Program-made: the position numbers and the translations under genes
Shown here: positions 1 to 8,634 of the stretch, in pieces
Layout of the letters: each line of letters starts with the position of its first letter
Position numbering within the stretch: the first letter of the stretch is position 1
Source: Patescibacteria group bacterium
GTDB lineage: Bacteria; Patescibacteriota; Minisyncoccia; Phycocordibacterales; JBBUBG01
Length of the DNA: 30,196 bases
Reading direction: 5' to 3'
NCBI GenBank assembly: GCA_040384765.1
Contig: JAZKIQ010000002.1
Coordinates: 16,877-47,072, forward strand
The notes under the pieces: model-generated
What the model saw: the letters and a program-made list of their open reading frames with translations, nothing else
Databases searched by the model: none
What the model was told of the DNA's origin: nothing

Positions 1-28
1 TCTCCACTTGCTCGGGGATATTAGCCAA
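1..28 (-). CDS. Possible 5' end of a gene running off the left edge (MANIPEQVE...)
   Basis: On the minus strand AGGAGG (37-42) lies 8 nt before a TTG at 28-26, and the frame is open to the window edge. Only 9 codons are visible. Confidence 0.3.
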
Positions 29-194
29 AGGTGGGTCCTCCTGTGAAAAACCCTGTTAGCACTGTATGAGTACAGGTTCTGTGCGAAGCCTTCTTGTTTT
101 CGTGTCTAACAAATATGATGGCACGTTTTTCCAAACTCAGCAATTGCCTGGAAAATCTCTCGGGAGTGAGGTATGTTACTATTTTAAGGACAAA

Positions 195-275
195 GCCGGA
201 GTGGCGGAATGGTATACGCGCATGACTCAAAATCGTGTGTCGCAAGACATGAGGGTTCGAGTCCCTCCTCCGGCA
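195..275 (+). tRNA. tRNA-Leu(CAA), CCA not encoded
   Basis: Acceptor stem GCCGGAG/CTCCGGC plus discriminator A, D-arm GGCGGAATGGTATACGC, anticodon arm CATGA-CTCAAAA-TCGTG, long variable arm TGTC-GCAA-GACA, T-arm GAGGG-TTCGAGT-CCCTC. Confidence 0.97.
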
Positions 276-278
276 TAA

Positions 279-309
279 AAAAAGAGTACCCTCACCGGGT
301 ACTCTTTTT
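279..309. terminator. Intrinsic terminator-like hairpin after tRNA-Leu
   Basis: AAAAAGAGTACCC-TCACC-GGGTACTCTTTTT, a perfect 13-bp stem including the A/T tracts. Confidence 0.75.
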
Positions 310-401
310 GCCGGAGGAGGGACTCGAAAGCCGGAGCGCGACGGCGCGAGGCGGGGTCGCGCAAAAATTCAGTAGAATTTTATGAGTGACCGAGTCCCTC
401 C
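309..401. repeat. tRNA-linked fold-back element containing antisense and direct copies of the tRNA-Leu 3' end
   Basis: 309-328 is the exact reverse complement of tRNA 256-275. 391-401 (CGAGTCCCTCC) repeats tRNA 258-268 and can pair with 316-326. Internal hairpin GGTCGC...AAAATTC-AGTA-GAATTTT...GTGACC. Confidence 0.8.
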
Positions 402-537
402 ATTTTTGTGTGAGCAAAGTGAAAATTGAAAAGTACCTGGCTGCGTAGCGAGCCGAGTCCTCGTCTTTAAAAACGGCGATCAGCCATACTCCACCACTTA
501 TAACTTTTCTGTTTTATGGAGCGTGCCACGTTGCTTC

Positions 538-957
538 TTAGAACCACATGGCAATAATTGTAGAAAGGAATATGAGCAAAGCGCATGTAGCGATTGCCTT
601 AGTAGGTTTCCAGTCCCGATCATGGATTCTCAGGAAACACCCTGTTAAAAGGGCGGCGGTTAAGCCGATACTAGTCAAAGAGTAGGTAAGCGAAATACCA
701 AGTTGTGTGCGCAGTACCATCGCAGCCACAATAATGATACCTACCTCAAGCGCAAGAGGAACAACGGTCCATAAAATCACAGAAAAATAGAAATTGACAG
801 GATCACGATCTTTAAAAATTTTAGTTACTGGCCCCCCATATCGTGGTCGATGAATATAACAGCCAGTTTTTAATGCTTTGTGAGTGTCGCGGAGGAACCC
901 TGAGAGGGCAATAATCGCAACGAGCACGAAAAGTAAGATAGATGGAAGTGTTAACAT
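538..957 (-). CDS. Hypothetical membrane protein (about 4 TM segments)
   Basis: ORF with several hydrophobic stretches. ATG at 957 chosen over the TTG at 975; start uncertain. Confidence 0.6.
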   Translation of the reverse strand: MLTLPSILLFVLVAIIALSGFLRDTHKALKTGCYIHRPRYGGPVTKIFKDRDPVNFYFSVILWTVVPLALEVGIIIVAAMVLRTQLGISLTYSLTSIGLTAALLTGCFLRIHDRDWKPTKAIATCALLIFLSTIIAMWF

Positions 958-988
958 TCTTTTATTATGACACAACCTATTTTTCTAC

Positions 989-1028
989 AATAAAAAACAG
1001 GCTGCCGCGCGGCAGCCTGTTTTTTATT
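989..1028. terminator. Bidirectional terminator-like 40-bp perfect palindrome
   Basis: AATAAAAAACAGGCTGCCGC|GCGGCAGCCTGTTTTTTATT, 5 nt past the stop of 1034..1960. Confidence 0.8.
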
Positions 1029-1033
1029 CCCTC

Positions 1034-1960
1034 CTAAATCCCGCTCTCTCCCTCCGGCACTGCTGTTTCTTCTATTGTTGACCCCGGTGTTCTGTTTAGC
1101 GCTGCATCGATGTCAAAGTTTTTAAGTACGGCAGGCCCGAACATAAAGGCGAGTACGGCAGCGATTATGTATCCGGCAATCGCAACGCCTACAACCGTCC
1201 TGTTTTCAAACGGTTCAGGTGCATTTCTTGCGTTTTTGTACTCTCGGAGATTTACGTACAGGCGATAGCTAAAAAGTATCGAAAGTGGGTTTATGAGCAG
1301 TGTTTGTACGAGCGTGTTGATGAAGTCTGCCGCTGCCTCACCTCCCATGCTTACGAGAATGTAGCCAAGAGGAAGTGCAATGACGAGATAGAGGACGAGT
1401 GTGACGAGCGCAAAAGCAAAGGTAAGTCCGAATGCGTGCCAGGCATCTCCTTTCACGTAGCGTGCACTCGTACGAAGCGCTTCCCATCCGCGCTTTCCTT
1501 CGGCCACAAATACAAAGTGAGAAAAGGTGAACAGCATCGCAAGGTAGATACCAGGAAGCATAAAGAAGAACAGCGCCCCCAGGATGATACACACTTCCAG
1601 TATTCCGATGATGGCATACGAGAGGAGACCGCTGGTTGCTTTTCCAAATGCATCAGTTCCAGAGAGCGAAGGTGTTGCAATGAAAAAAAGCAGCGCAAGC
1701 GTGGCGATCGCCATCACAAAAGCGCTGAGGGAAGTGGTGATATTTTCGAGCAGCTTTGGATCTGCGTTTGGGATGAAGAGGGCGATGACAAGCACTGCTC
1801 CCACTGTGGCAAGAAGAGGAATTCCGAGGATCGCTACGATCTTGCCCAGATGCATTTTGTAAAACTCCCACGCTTCACGAAAGAGAGTGCCGAAGCTCTT
1901 AAGGGCGGGTAAGGCTGTAGTTGCGCTCTCGGGCATGGGCGCTGATGTCATATTTTCCAT
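1034..1960 (-). CDS. Integral membrane protein (about 6-7 TM; DUF975/GDPD-membrane-domain-like)
   Basis: Pattern 'LFREAWEFYK...PGIYLAMLFTFSHFVFVAEGKRGWEALRTSARYVKG...LYVNLR' is typical of this membrane family. Confidence 0.75.
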   Translation of the reverse strand: MENMTSAPMPESATTALPALKSFGTLFREAWEFYKMHLGKIVAILGIPLLATVGAVLVIALFIPNADPKLLENITTSLSAFVMAIATLALLFFIATPSLSGTDAFGKATSGLLSYAIIGILEVCIILGALFFFMLPGIYLAMLFTFSHFVFVAEGKRGWEALRTSARYVKGDAWHAFGLTFAFALVTLVLYLVIALPLGYILVSMGGEAAADFINTLVQTLLINPLSILFSYRLYVNLREYKNARNAPEPFENRTVVGVAIAGYIIAAVLAFMFGPAVLKNFDIDAALNRTPGSTIEETAVPEGESGI

Positions 1961-2026
1961 TCACAAATCGTACCATAAAGGATGAGTTTGTTGCACCCTG
2001 CACGCGGGTGGTAGTATGTTCATATC

Positions 2027-3016
2027 ATGGCTCCCGAACTCACTGGCGAGATATATCGCAACTCGAGCGACTCCATTTTTTGGGTCGAAGTAGAGAAGAT
2101 CCGGCCAAATCCGTTTCAGCCACGGCGCGAGTTTGACGAGGCGCGTCTTCGAGACCTCTCTGAGTCTATTCGTCAGTACGGTATTCTCCAGCCTCTTGTG
2201 GTGACTCGAAAGGAGGTGCAGAAGGAGGACGGCGGTCTTGCTACTGAATACGAGCTTATCGCCGGTGAGAGGCGTCTGCGTGCTTCAAAGCTTGCTGGTG
2301 TGCGCGAGGTGCCGGTGCTTATCCGCATTGGTGACGACTCAGATAAGACCAAGCTTGAGCTTGCGATCATCGAAAATATCCAGCGCGAGGACCTTACGCC
2401 AATAGACCGCGCCCAGGCGTTTAAAAAGCTTGCAGAGGATTTCGGCTTCACTCATTCTGAGGTGGCAAAGAAAGTGGGCAAGAGCCGCGAGTATGTTTCA
2501 AACACGATCCGTATCCTTGCGCTCCCTGAGCATATTCTGACGTCGCTGCTTAAGAACGAGATTTCCGAAGGTCACACTCGGCCTATTCTCATGCTTGCCG
2601 ATCATCCGGCAGAACAGTCGACTCTCCACAAAGAGATCGTACTCAAGAAGATGACGGTGCGCGAAGCAGAGGCTATTGCTCGGCGTATTGCCCAGGATCG
2701 GGTGCGAAAAAAGGAGTACGCGGTAGACCCCGAGATTCTTCAGATGGAGGAGAAGCTTACCGCCCAGCTTGGTACGCGCGTGCAGATAGAGCGCAAAGAG
2801 TATGGTGGCAAGGTCGTGATCGACTTTTTTTCTCACGATGATCTGCGCAACCTTCTCGCCCTAGTATCTCAGGAGGTTGCAGCGCTCGAGGCACCCGCGC
2901 TACTCGCCGAGGCTCTCAGCCCAGATGCCCCGCTTGCAACAGATGAGCCTATTATTCCGCCTGATCCTCCGAGTGACGACCCTGATCTCTATTCTGTAAC
3001 ACATTTTTCAATTTAG
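2027..3016 (+). CDS. parB: ParB/Spo0J chromosome partitioning protein
   Basis: IRPNPFQPRREF, GILQPLVV, YELIAGERRLRA (GxRR CTPase box), ENIQREDL, HTH VAKKVGKSREYVSNTIRIL, EGH. Confidence 0.96.
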   Translation: MAPELTGEIYRNSSDSIFWVEVEKIRPNPFQPRREFDEARLRDLSESIRQYGILQPLVVTRKEVQKEDGGLATEYELIAGERRLRASKLAGVREVPVLIRIGDDSDKTKLELAIIENIQREDLTPIDRAQAFKKLAEDFGFTHSEVAKKVGKSREYVSNTIRILALPEHILTSLLKNEISEGHTRPILMLADHPAEQSTLHKEIVLKKMTVREAEAIARRIAQDRVRKKEYAVDPEILQMEEKLTAQLGTRVQIERKEYGGKVVIDFFSHDDLRNLLALVSQEVAALEAPALLAEALSPDAPLATDEPIIPPDPPSDDPDLYSVTHFSI

Positions 3017-3053
3017 GGGCTTTTTGGTACGATTTAGTTGGGAGGTGAGTACT

Positions 3054-3314
3054 ATGCAAGAGACGGTTATTCCGGCGAGTTGGTGGAGGGACGAGACTCG
3101 GAAGATGACTCTGCGGGCAGCGAAGGGTCTCTATGACCTCGCGCTGTGCGAGGCCTGGCTTTGCCAGTTTGGCAATGCGCGTTCTGCTGCATCCGAATAT
3201 GAGAAGTATTGCGTCGACAACTGTGTGCCGTGCAGCGTTGAAGAGCTGCACATGCGGATCGACGTAGCGGAGCACGAGCTGCGCACCCATCTCGCAAACG
3301 CCGCGAAAAACTAA
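3054..3314 (+). CDS. Small orphan protein (86 aa, 5 Cys)
   Basis: Strong SD GGAGGTGA (3041-3048) before ATG 3054; followed by a terminator hairpin. Confidence 0.65.
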   Translation: MQETVIPASWWRDETRKMTLRAAKGLYDLALCEAWLCQFGNARSAASEYEKYCVDNCVPCSVEELHMRIDVAEHELRTHLANAAKN

Positions 3315-3324
3315 CGCCAGAAAG

Positions 3325-3358
3325 AAGTCCGGGCCCGAGCCCCGGACTTTTCCTTTTT
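3325..3358. terminator. Terminator between convergent genes
   Basis: AAGTCCGGG-CCCGAGC-CCCGGACTT followed by T-rich sequence. Confidence 0.7.
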
Positions 3359-3381
3359 GCCCTGAATCAACTTAATACCCT

Positions 3382-4830
3382 TTATGGTCGAGCTTGATCC
3401 TTTTGATCATTGAGATACGAGCGAATATGCCGCCGTGCGAGCGCTGTTTTGCACGCCTCGAGCCATTTTGTACTTGGCTTTGCATTCTTGCGGGTTTCTA
3501 TCACCACCACGTCGCCGTTTTTGAGGCTCGAATCTAGTGACACCATCTTTCCATTTATTTTCGCGCCTGAGGTGTGGTTGCCAATGTCCGAGTGGATTGC
3601 ATACGCAAAATCGAGCGTTGTTGCCCCTTCGGGTAGCTCGATCACATCACCTTTCGGGGTAAAGCAGAAGATACGATCCTGAAAAAAGTCGGTCTTGAGT
3701 CCTTCGATAAACTCGTTTCCTTCCGCAAACTGTTTTTGCCACTCGATAAGTTGACGGACCCAGGCGAGCTTCTTTGAGAGCACGCCTCCGGTTTTTGGCT
3801 TGCCGGACTCGCGGTATGCAATATGCGCGGCGATACCGTATTCGGCTTCATCGTGCATCTCGCGCGTGCGTATCTGGATTTCGGCGATCTCGCCATCTCC
3901 GGCAAAAACGCTTGTATGAATACTTTGGTAGCCGTTTATTTTTGGGAGCGCAATATAATCTTTCACGCGCTCGGGTACTGGCTTCCAGAGTGAATGTACG
4001 ATTCCTAGAGCACTGTAGCAGTCAGCCACCGTGGGTACGATGATTCGCATGGCGGCGATGTCGCACACCTTGTCGATGTTCATGTCGTTCTTTGCGAGCT
4101 TCTTGTACAAGCTGTATACCCCCTTGGTTCGGTAGCTCACATCTGCATTTTGAATGTCGCTCTCTTTGAACGCTTCTTCGAGGAGACCAGACATATCACG
4201 AAGCGACTTTTCGCGAAGTGGCGCTTTTTCTTCAAGCAGCATCTGGGTGAGGGTGTACTCATCTGGGTGTGCATATCTAAAGGATCGAGCTTCGAGCTCA
4301 TCGCGGATCTTTCCGATACCGAGGCGGTTGGCGATCGGCGCATATATCTCGAGTGTCTCAAGTGCGATACGGTGCTGCTTTTCAGCGCGCACATGCTCGA
4401 GCGTGCGGATATTGTGCAGGCGGTCTGCAAGCTTTATCACGATCACGCGAATATCCTGCGCCATCGCCACAAACAACTTGCGGAGATTTTCTGCAAGCTT
4501 ATCATTGCCGCGATATTTGAGTGCGCCGAGCTTGGTGACGCCGTCCACGAGGAATGCGATATCTGGGCTGAACTCTTTTGAAAGCTGCTCGCTCGTCACA
4601 CCCACATCTTCGACAGAGTCGTGCAAAAGCCCTGCCGCGATCACCTCGGCATCCATGCGAAGCTCGGAGAGTATGAGGGCGGTGCTGTAGAGGTGTAGAA
4701 AATACGGCTCGCCCGAAAAGCGCTTCTGGTCCTTGTGCGCCTCTTTTGCGAAGTGGTACGCCTTCTCGATCAGCTTTTTATCTGTCTCCGAGAGGTTGGG
4801 ATTTGTTAAGAGGGAAGCGAGTTCGAGCAT
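3382..4830 (-). CDS. relA: RelA/SpoT family (p)ppGpp synthetase/hydrolase, short form (HD-SYNTH-TGS)
   Basis: HKDQKRFSGEPY, LLHDSVED (HD), KLADRLHN, RVKDYIA (RxKD), YQSIHT, EIQIRT and TGS FTPKGD...DFAYAIH. The protein ends after TGS. Confidence 0.94.
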   Translation of the reverse strand: MLELASLLTNPNLSETDKKLIEKAYHFAKEAHKDQKRFSGEPYFLHLYSTALILSELRMDAEVIAAGLLHDSVEDVGVTSEQLSKEFSPDIAFLVDGVTKLGALKYRGNDKLAENLRKLFVAMAQDIRVIVIKLADRLHNIRTLEHVRAEKQHRIALETLEIYAPIANRLGIGKIRDELEARSFRYAHPDEYTLTQMLLEEKAPLREKSLRDMSGLLEEAFKESDIQNADVSYRTKGVYSLYKKLAKNDMNIDKVCDIAAMRIIVPTVADCYSALGIVHSLWKPVPERVKDYIALPKINGYQSIHTSVFAGDGEIAEIQIRTREMHDEAEYGIAAHIAYRESGKPKTGGVLSKKLAWVRQLIEWQKQFAEGNEFIEGLKTDFFQDRIFCFTPKGDVIELPEGATTLDFAYAIHSDIGNHTSGAKINGKMVSLDSSLKNGDVVVIETRKNAKPSTKWLEACKTALARRHIRSYLNDQKDQARP

Positions 4831-4876
4831 CTGGCTAAGTGTCTCAAATTAGGCCTATTTTACAACGTATCTAGCA

Positions 4877-4904
4877 TTGACTTTTTACGAAAAAGTGATA
4901 TAAT
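4877..4904 (+). promoter_or_regulatory. Sigma70-type promoter for the alpha-CTD gene
   Basis: TTGACT-16 nt-(TGa)TATAAT; the -35/spacer carries the dyad ACTTTTT-ACG-AAAAAGT. Confidence 0.7.
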
Positions 4905-4946
4905 TAATCCTGGTACAACGGTGCGCGAATTGAAAGGAATACGAAT

Positions 4947-5498
4947 ATGTCGCTCGCAACGATCTGCAAGAACCTCGAATCTGATTTGAGGCGCCAGGGT
5001 CTCCTGTACGACATCGAGCAGTGCAGCTCGGAGTCTCAGGTGCAGGTCGCCGTCCGGTCTCTCGTTTTCGCCCTCGGTGGTCAGTTCGGGACGATCATCT
5101 TCGTTCCGGGGAAGGAGCCGGCTCAGGAAAGTAACTTCGGAGCAGGTGGTAAGATCACGGGACCGCAGAAGGCGCTGGTCTTCCCTGACGACTCCGCCCT
5201 TTGGGATCGAGAGGTTCTGGGCAGGGGCAGGTTCCATCGGATCGACGTTCCCGGTTTTGGGAGCGACGCAGATGTACCGGCGTGTTACTCGATTCATCGA
5301 GTCGAATTCTCGGCCCGCACAGTGCACTGTCTTGAGAATGGTCGCATCCCCACACTCGGCATGATCACCACTCACGCGTGCAATGAGTTGATGGGTATCA
5401 AGAACTTCGGCCGCAAGTGTCTCGAAGAAGTGGTCGAGAAGCTCCGGCCCTACAAGCTCACGCTCAAGTGCGAGCCGACCTGCAAGCACTTCGCTTGA
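4947..5498 (+). CDS. Protein with C-terminal RNA polymerase alpha subunit CTD-like domain (not rpoA)
   Basis: The C-terminus SIHRVEFSARTVHCLENGRIPTLGMI...ELMGIKNFGRKCLEEVVEKL matches the alpha-CTD consensus (LSVRSxNCL...IKNFGRKSLEEI). SD AAGGA; own promoter and terminator. Confidence 0.82.
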   Translation: MSLATICKNLESDLRRQGLLYDIEQCSSESQVQVAVRSLVFALGGQFGTIIFVPGKEPAQESNFGAGGKITGPQKALVFPDDSALWDREVLGRGRFHRIDVPGFGSDADVPACYSIHRVEFSARTVHCLENGRIPTLGMITTHACNELMGIKNFGRKCLEEVVEKLRPYKLTLKCEPTCKHFA

Positions 5499-5524
5499 GC
5501 GGTCGAACTTCGCACAATCTCCGT

Positions 5525-5565
5525 CCGTCTGAAGCCGTCTGGCTTTGGTCGGGCGGTTTTCTTTT
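5525..5565 (+). terminator. Probable intrinsic terminator
   Basis: CCGTCTGA...TCGGGCGG imperfect stem followed by TTTTCTTTT. Confidence 0.55.
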
Positions 5566-5618
5566 ACAAAAAATTCGCACGGAAATCGCTCCCGTTAGTT
5601 CTTTGAGGAAAGCTTGCG

Positions 5619-5751
5619 GAAGTTTTAGGCTCGTCGAGGGTGGTAGCTTTTTGGAGTGTCTAGCAGCGCGACGGCGCGAGAGTCAGCGCTGGGCGAGCAC
5701 GCCCAGACAGCGACTCCAAAAAGGTAACACCGGAGAAAGAGACTAAAATTC
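5619..5751. repeat. Intergenic fold-back (REP/MITE-like) element
   Basis: 5639-5657 pairs with 5713-5731 (17/19), outer arms TTTTAGGCTC/GAGACTAAAA, inner hairpin CTGGGCG-AGCA-CGCCCAG. Shares the 16-mer AGCGCGACGGCGCGAG with 335-350. Confidence 0.7.
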
Positions 5752-5758
5752 AAAGTCC

Positions 5759-7954
5759 CTACTCCTTTTTCTTTGGTCGTCCGCCGTGTTTTGAACACGC
5801 TTTGTTCGAGCAGCGGATAGGTATCGTTTTTGTACCAAGCATCATAAGCGAGCCGCACTCGGTACATTTTTCTCCCGTTGGCTTTCCGTTCATGGCGAAG
5901 TCGCACTTCGGATAGTTGGAGCAGCTGTAGAAAAAGCCGAAGCGGCCGCGGCGCTCGGCGATCATTCCGTCGGCGCATTTTGGGCAGTGTATTCCCGTTG
6001 ATCGCTTGGCGAGCTCTTCTGCCTCCTTTACCGGATCTTTTTTAATATATTTGCACTTTGGGTAGCGGTTGCAGGATATGAAGCTACCGTATTTCCCTGT
6101 GCGCTCTACGAGCTCGCCCTTTTCGCACTCGGGGCACTTTTCACCGATCTCCTTTGGCTTCTCCATTACATCGCCTGTCTCGGTGCGCGCTCCCTCACAC
6201 TCCGGATATTTCGCGCACGAAAGAAACTTGCCACCACGCCCAAGCTTCCAGATCATGGGGCCAGCGCACGTTGGGCACGGAAACTCTGCCGGGCCCGGGC
6301 CGAGGTCGGTTACCTTCGGTACGTCCTTCTTAGACTCTACGAGTTTGTGGAATGGGCCATAAAAGTCGGTAAGTGTTTTTGTGTACTCTTTTTCGCCGCG
6401 CGAGATCTCATCGAGAGATTCCTCCATCTCTGCGGTAAACGAATCGCTAATGATATCACCGAAATTTTTCTCGAGAAATTCTGACACGACCATCCCGGTG
6501 TCGGTAGGCTTCAAGGCGCGATCGAGCTTCTCCACGTAGCCGCGCACCTCGATCGTTTGAATGATCGATGCGTAGGTAGAAGGGCGGCCGATACCTCGCT
6601 TCTCAAGCTCTTTCACGAGGCCTGCTTCGGAGTATCGTGGCGGTGGAGTGGTCTGCTTCTGCTCGCTTGCGATATCTGCAAGCTCGAGCTTTTCGTCTTT
6701 TGTCACCTTTGGCAGCTCTACATCTTCACCGCGAGCTTTCGGGTCTGCGGCAAGCCAGCCATCAAAGAGAATCCGCGAACCGTTTGCGGCAAATACAGGG
6801 ATTGAGGGGTCGGAGGTGGCGGCAGAGATCTTGGTGCGGAGCATTTCCGCTGCTTTCATCTGGCTTGCCACAGCGCGCGTCCAGATAAGCTGATACAGCT
6901 TTTTCTCCTGGTCGTTTGCTCCGGCCGCGCGAACATCGAAATGCGTTGGGCGGATTGCTTCGTGCGCCTCTTGAGCGTTTTTGCTTTTTGTTTTATAGCC
7001 GTGCGGATCGGAATACTCTTTTCCAAATTGGCTCTCTACGATGCCAGTGATGGCTCCCATTGCGTCGGCGCCAAGATTCACGCTATCCGTACGCATATAG
7101 GTGATATGCCCCGACTCGTACAGCTTCTGAGCAAGGCGCATCGTGCGCGATGGGGCAAGGCCGAGCCGTGAGCTCGCTGCTTGCTGGAGGGTTGATGTGG
7201 TAAACGGCGCACGCGCTGCGCGTGATGCTTTTGTCTCCTCCACATCGGCTACATGCCAGGGCAGCTTTTTTGCTGCGGCAACGATGCGGTCCGACTCAGC
7301 CTGCGACTTCACTTCGCCCGTGCACTCTGCTTTAAATGTTTCGCCTTTGGGGGTTTTGAAATCGGCCGTGAGCACCCAGAAGTCCTCCGGAATAAATGCG
7401 TTGATCTCTCGCTCGCGCTCTACCACAATACGAAGCGCAGGGGACTGCACGCGCCCAGCCGAAAGGCCGTAGCGGACCTTTTTCCAGATGAGGCCCGAGA
7501 GATCATATCCCACGATGCGGTCGAGTACACGGCGGGCCTCCTGTGCTTTTACGAGCCGCTCATCGATCTCTCGCGGATTTTCGAGCGCTGCCTTGATCGC
7601 TTTTTCGGTAATTTCGTGAAATACGATGCGCTTCGGATGTTTGAGCTCAAGAAGCTCGGCGATATGCCAAGAGATCGCCTCGCCTTCACGGTCGGGGTCT
7701 GTCGCAAGGATCACTTCGTCTCCATCCCGTGAAAGCTTCGAGAGTTCTGCGACCACCTTTTTCTTTTCGGGGCTCACGACGTAGCGGGGGATGAAGCCCC
7801 CGGCAATATCGATGGCATCTTTGTTGGACTTGGGGAGATCGCGTACGTGGCCAACAGATGCGCGTACGGTATATCCTGCGCCAAGATATTTGGCGATTGT
7901 TTTTGCTTTTGAGGGAGACTCAACGATAACTAATTTTTCATGAAGTTTTGGCAT
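5759..7954 (-). CDS. topA: DNA topoisomerase I with C-terminal zinc ribbons
   Basis: LVIVESPSKAKTI, ATDPDREGEAI, SAGRVQS, ITYMRTDS (catalytic Tyr), AQEAHEAIRPT, GIGRPSTY, four C4 ribbons. Start moved to ATG 7954, which has SD GGAGG. Confidence 0.97.
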   Translation of the reverse strand: MPKLHEKLVIVESPSKAKTIAKYLGAGYTVRASVGHVRDLPKSNKDAIDIAGGFIPRYVVSPEKKKVVAELSKLSRDGDEVILATDPDREGEAISWHIAELLELKHPKRIVFHEITEKAIKAALENPREIDERLVKAQEARRVLDRIVGYDLSGLIWKKVRYGLSAGRVQSPALRIVVEREREINAFIPEDFWVLTADFKTPKGETFKAECTGEVKSQAESDRIVAAAKKLPWHVADVEETKASRAARAPFTTSTLQQAASSRLGLAPSRTMRLAQKLYESGHITYMRTDSVNLGADAMGAITGIVESQFGKEYSDPHGYKTKSKNAQEAHEAIRPTHFDVRAAGANDQEKKLYQLIWTRAVASQMKAAEMLRTKISAATSDPSIPVFAANGSRILFDGWLAADPKARGEDVELPKVTKDEKLELADIASEQKQTTPPPRYSEAGLVKELEKRGIGRPSTYASIIQTIEVRGYVEKLDRALKPTDTGMVVSEFLEKNFGDIISDSFTAEMEESLDEISRGEKEYTKTLTDFYGPFHKLVESKKDVPKVTDLGPGPAEFPCPTCAGPMIWKLGRGGKFLSCAKYPECEGARTETGDVMEKPKEIGEKCPECEKGELVERTGKYGSFISCNRYPKCKYIKKDPVKEAEELAKRSTGIHCPKCADGMIAERRGRFGFFYSCSNYPKCDFAMNGKPTGEKCTECGSLMMLGTKTIPIRCSNKACSKHGGRPKKKE

Positions 7955-8053
7955 ATCTGTTCCTCCATTAGTGACATAGCTCATTTTTTTTAGCAAATCG
8001 ACACTCGTTTTCATGAGCGTTGCTTTGGGGCAAGATGCCTATAAAAATGTCGA

Positions 8054-8084
8054 TGTCCGGGTTCCCCTACGGGGAACCCGGACA
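8054..8084. terminator. Terminator hairpin after 8091..8549
   Basis: TGTCCGGGTTCCCC-TAC-GGGGAACCCGGACA, perfect 14-bp stem. Confidence 0.7.
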
Positions 8085-8090
8085 GTTTTT

Positions 8091-8549
8091 CTAAAGTTCG
8101 TACCACCTCTTGAATTCACACGTTGCGAAGCGGATGCTTGCGAGCGACTGGCCTCGCGTTTCCTGCCCCTCTTCCGTCGAGGGCTCTTCCTCTTCGGATA
8201 CATCGTTGTTTTCTGTTGCCGGAGCGAGGGTGTCACTCGCAATGGCGACGAGCTCGTACGCGAGAGTTCCGGCAACCTGGCTGAGCGATCTCACGAGGTA
8301 GTCCGAGAGTGCTGAGAGCCGCTGCTCGGGACCTTCCCCCTCGCCGAGCTCGGGCAGAGGGTCGGGAGCGATCGACTCACGTATCTCCTCAAACGCTTCG
8401 TCTACCGGCTCCTCCAGAGAATCGTTCACCTCCGGAGCTCTCTCGTGGGCCACCTTCACTTTCTTGGATCGCTTGCGCACAGCGCCATCTGCTGGCGTAA
8501 CGCTCGTACACAAAACCAGTATTGAAATGAGTACTGCTATTCGGACCAT
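8091..8549 (-). CDS. Hypothetical secreted acidic protein
   Basis: N-terminal signal-peptide-like MVRIAVLISILVLCTSVTPADG, then a basic patch and Glu/Pro-rich segments. SD AAGGGGG; TTGACA upstream near 8622-8627. Confidence 0.65.
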   Translation of the reverse strand: MVRIAVLISILVLCTSVTPADGAVRKRSKKVKVAHERAPEVNDSLEEPVDEAFEEIRESIAPDPLPELGEGEGPEQRLSALSDYLVRSLSQVAGTLAYELVAIASDTLAPATENNDVSEEEEPSTEEGQETRGQSLASIRFATCEFKRWYEL

Positions 8550-8634
8550 GGTCCCCCCTTGGAAGCGTATGATGCTTCCGCGACTAACTTCTTTTTTTAC
8601 CGTACCGTACCAAACAGTAAGCTGTCAATGCTGA

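Noticed and set aside
21-278. ORFs 21..245(-) and 66..278(+)
   Set aside because: They overlap the clear tRNA-Leu gene and have no recognisable features.
1960-3060. parS site or parA next to parB
   Set aside because: No TGTTTCACGTGAAACA-like palindrome was noticed and no ParA ATPase is adjacent.
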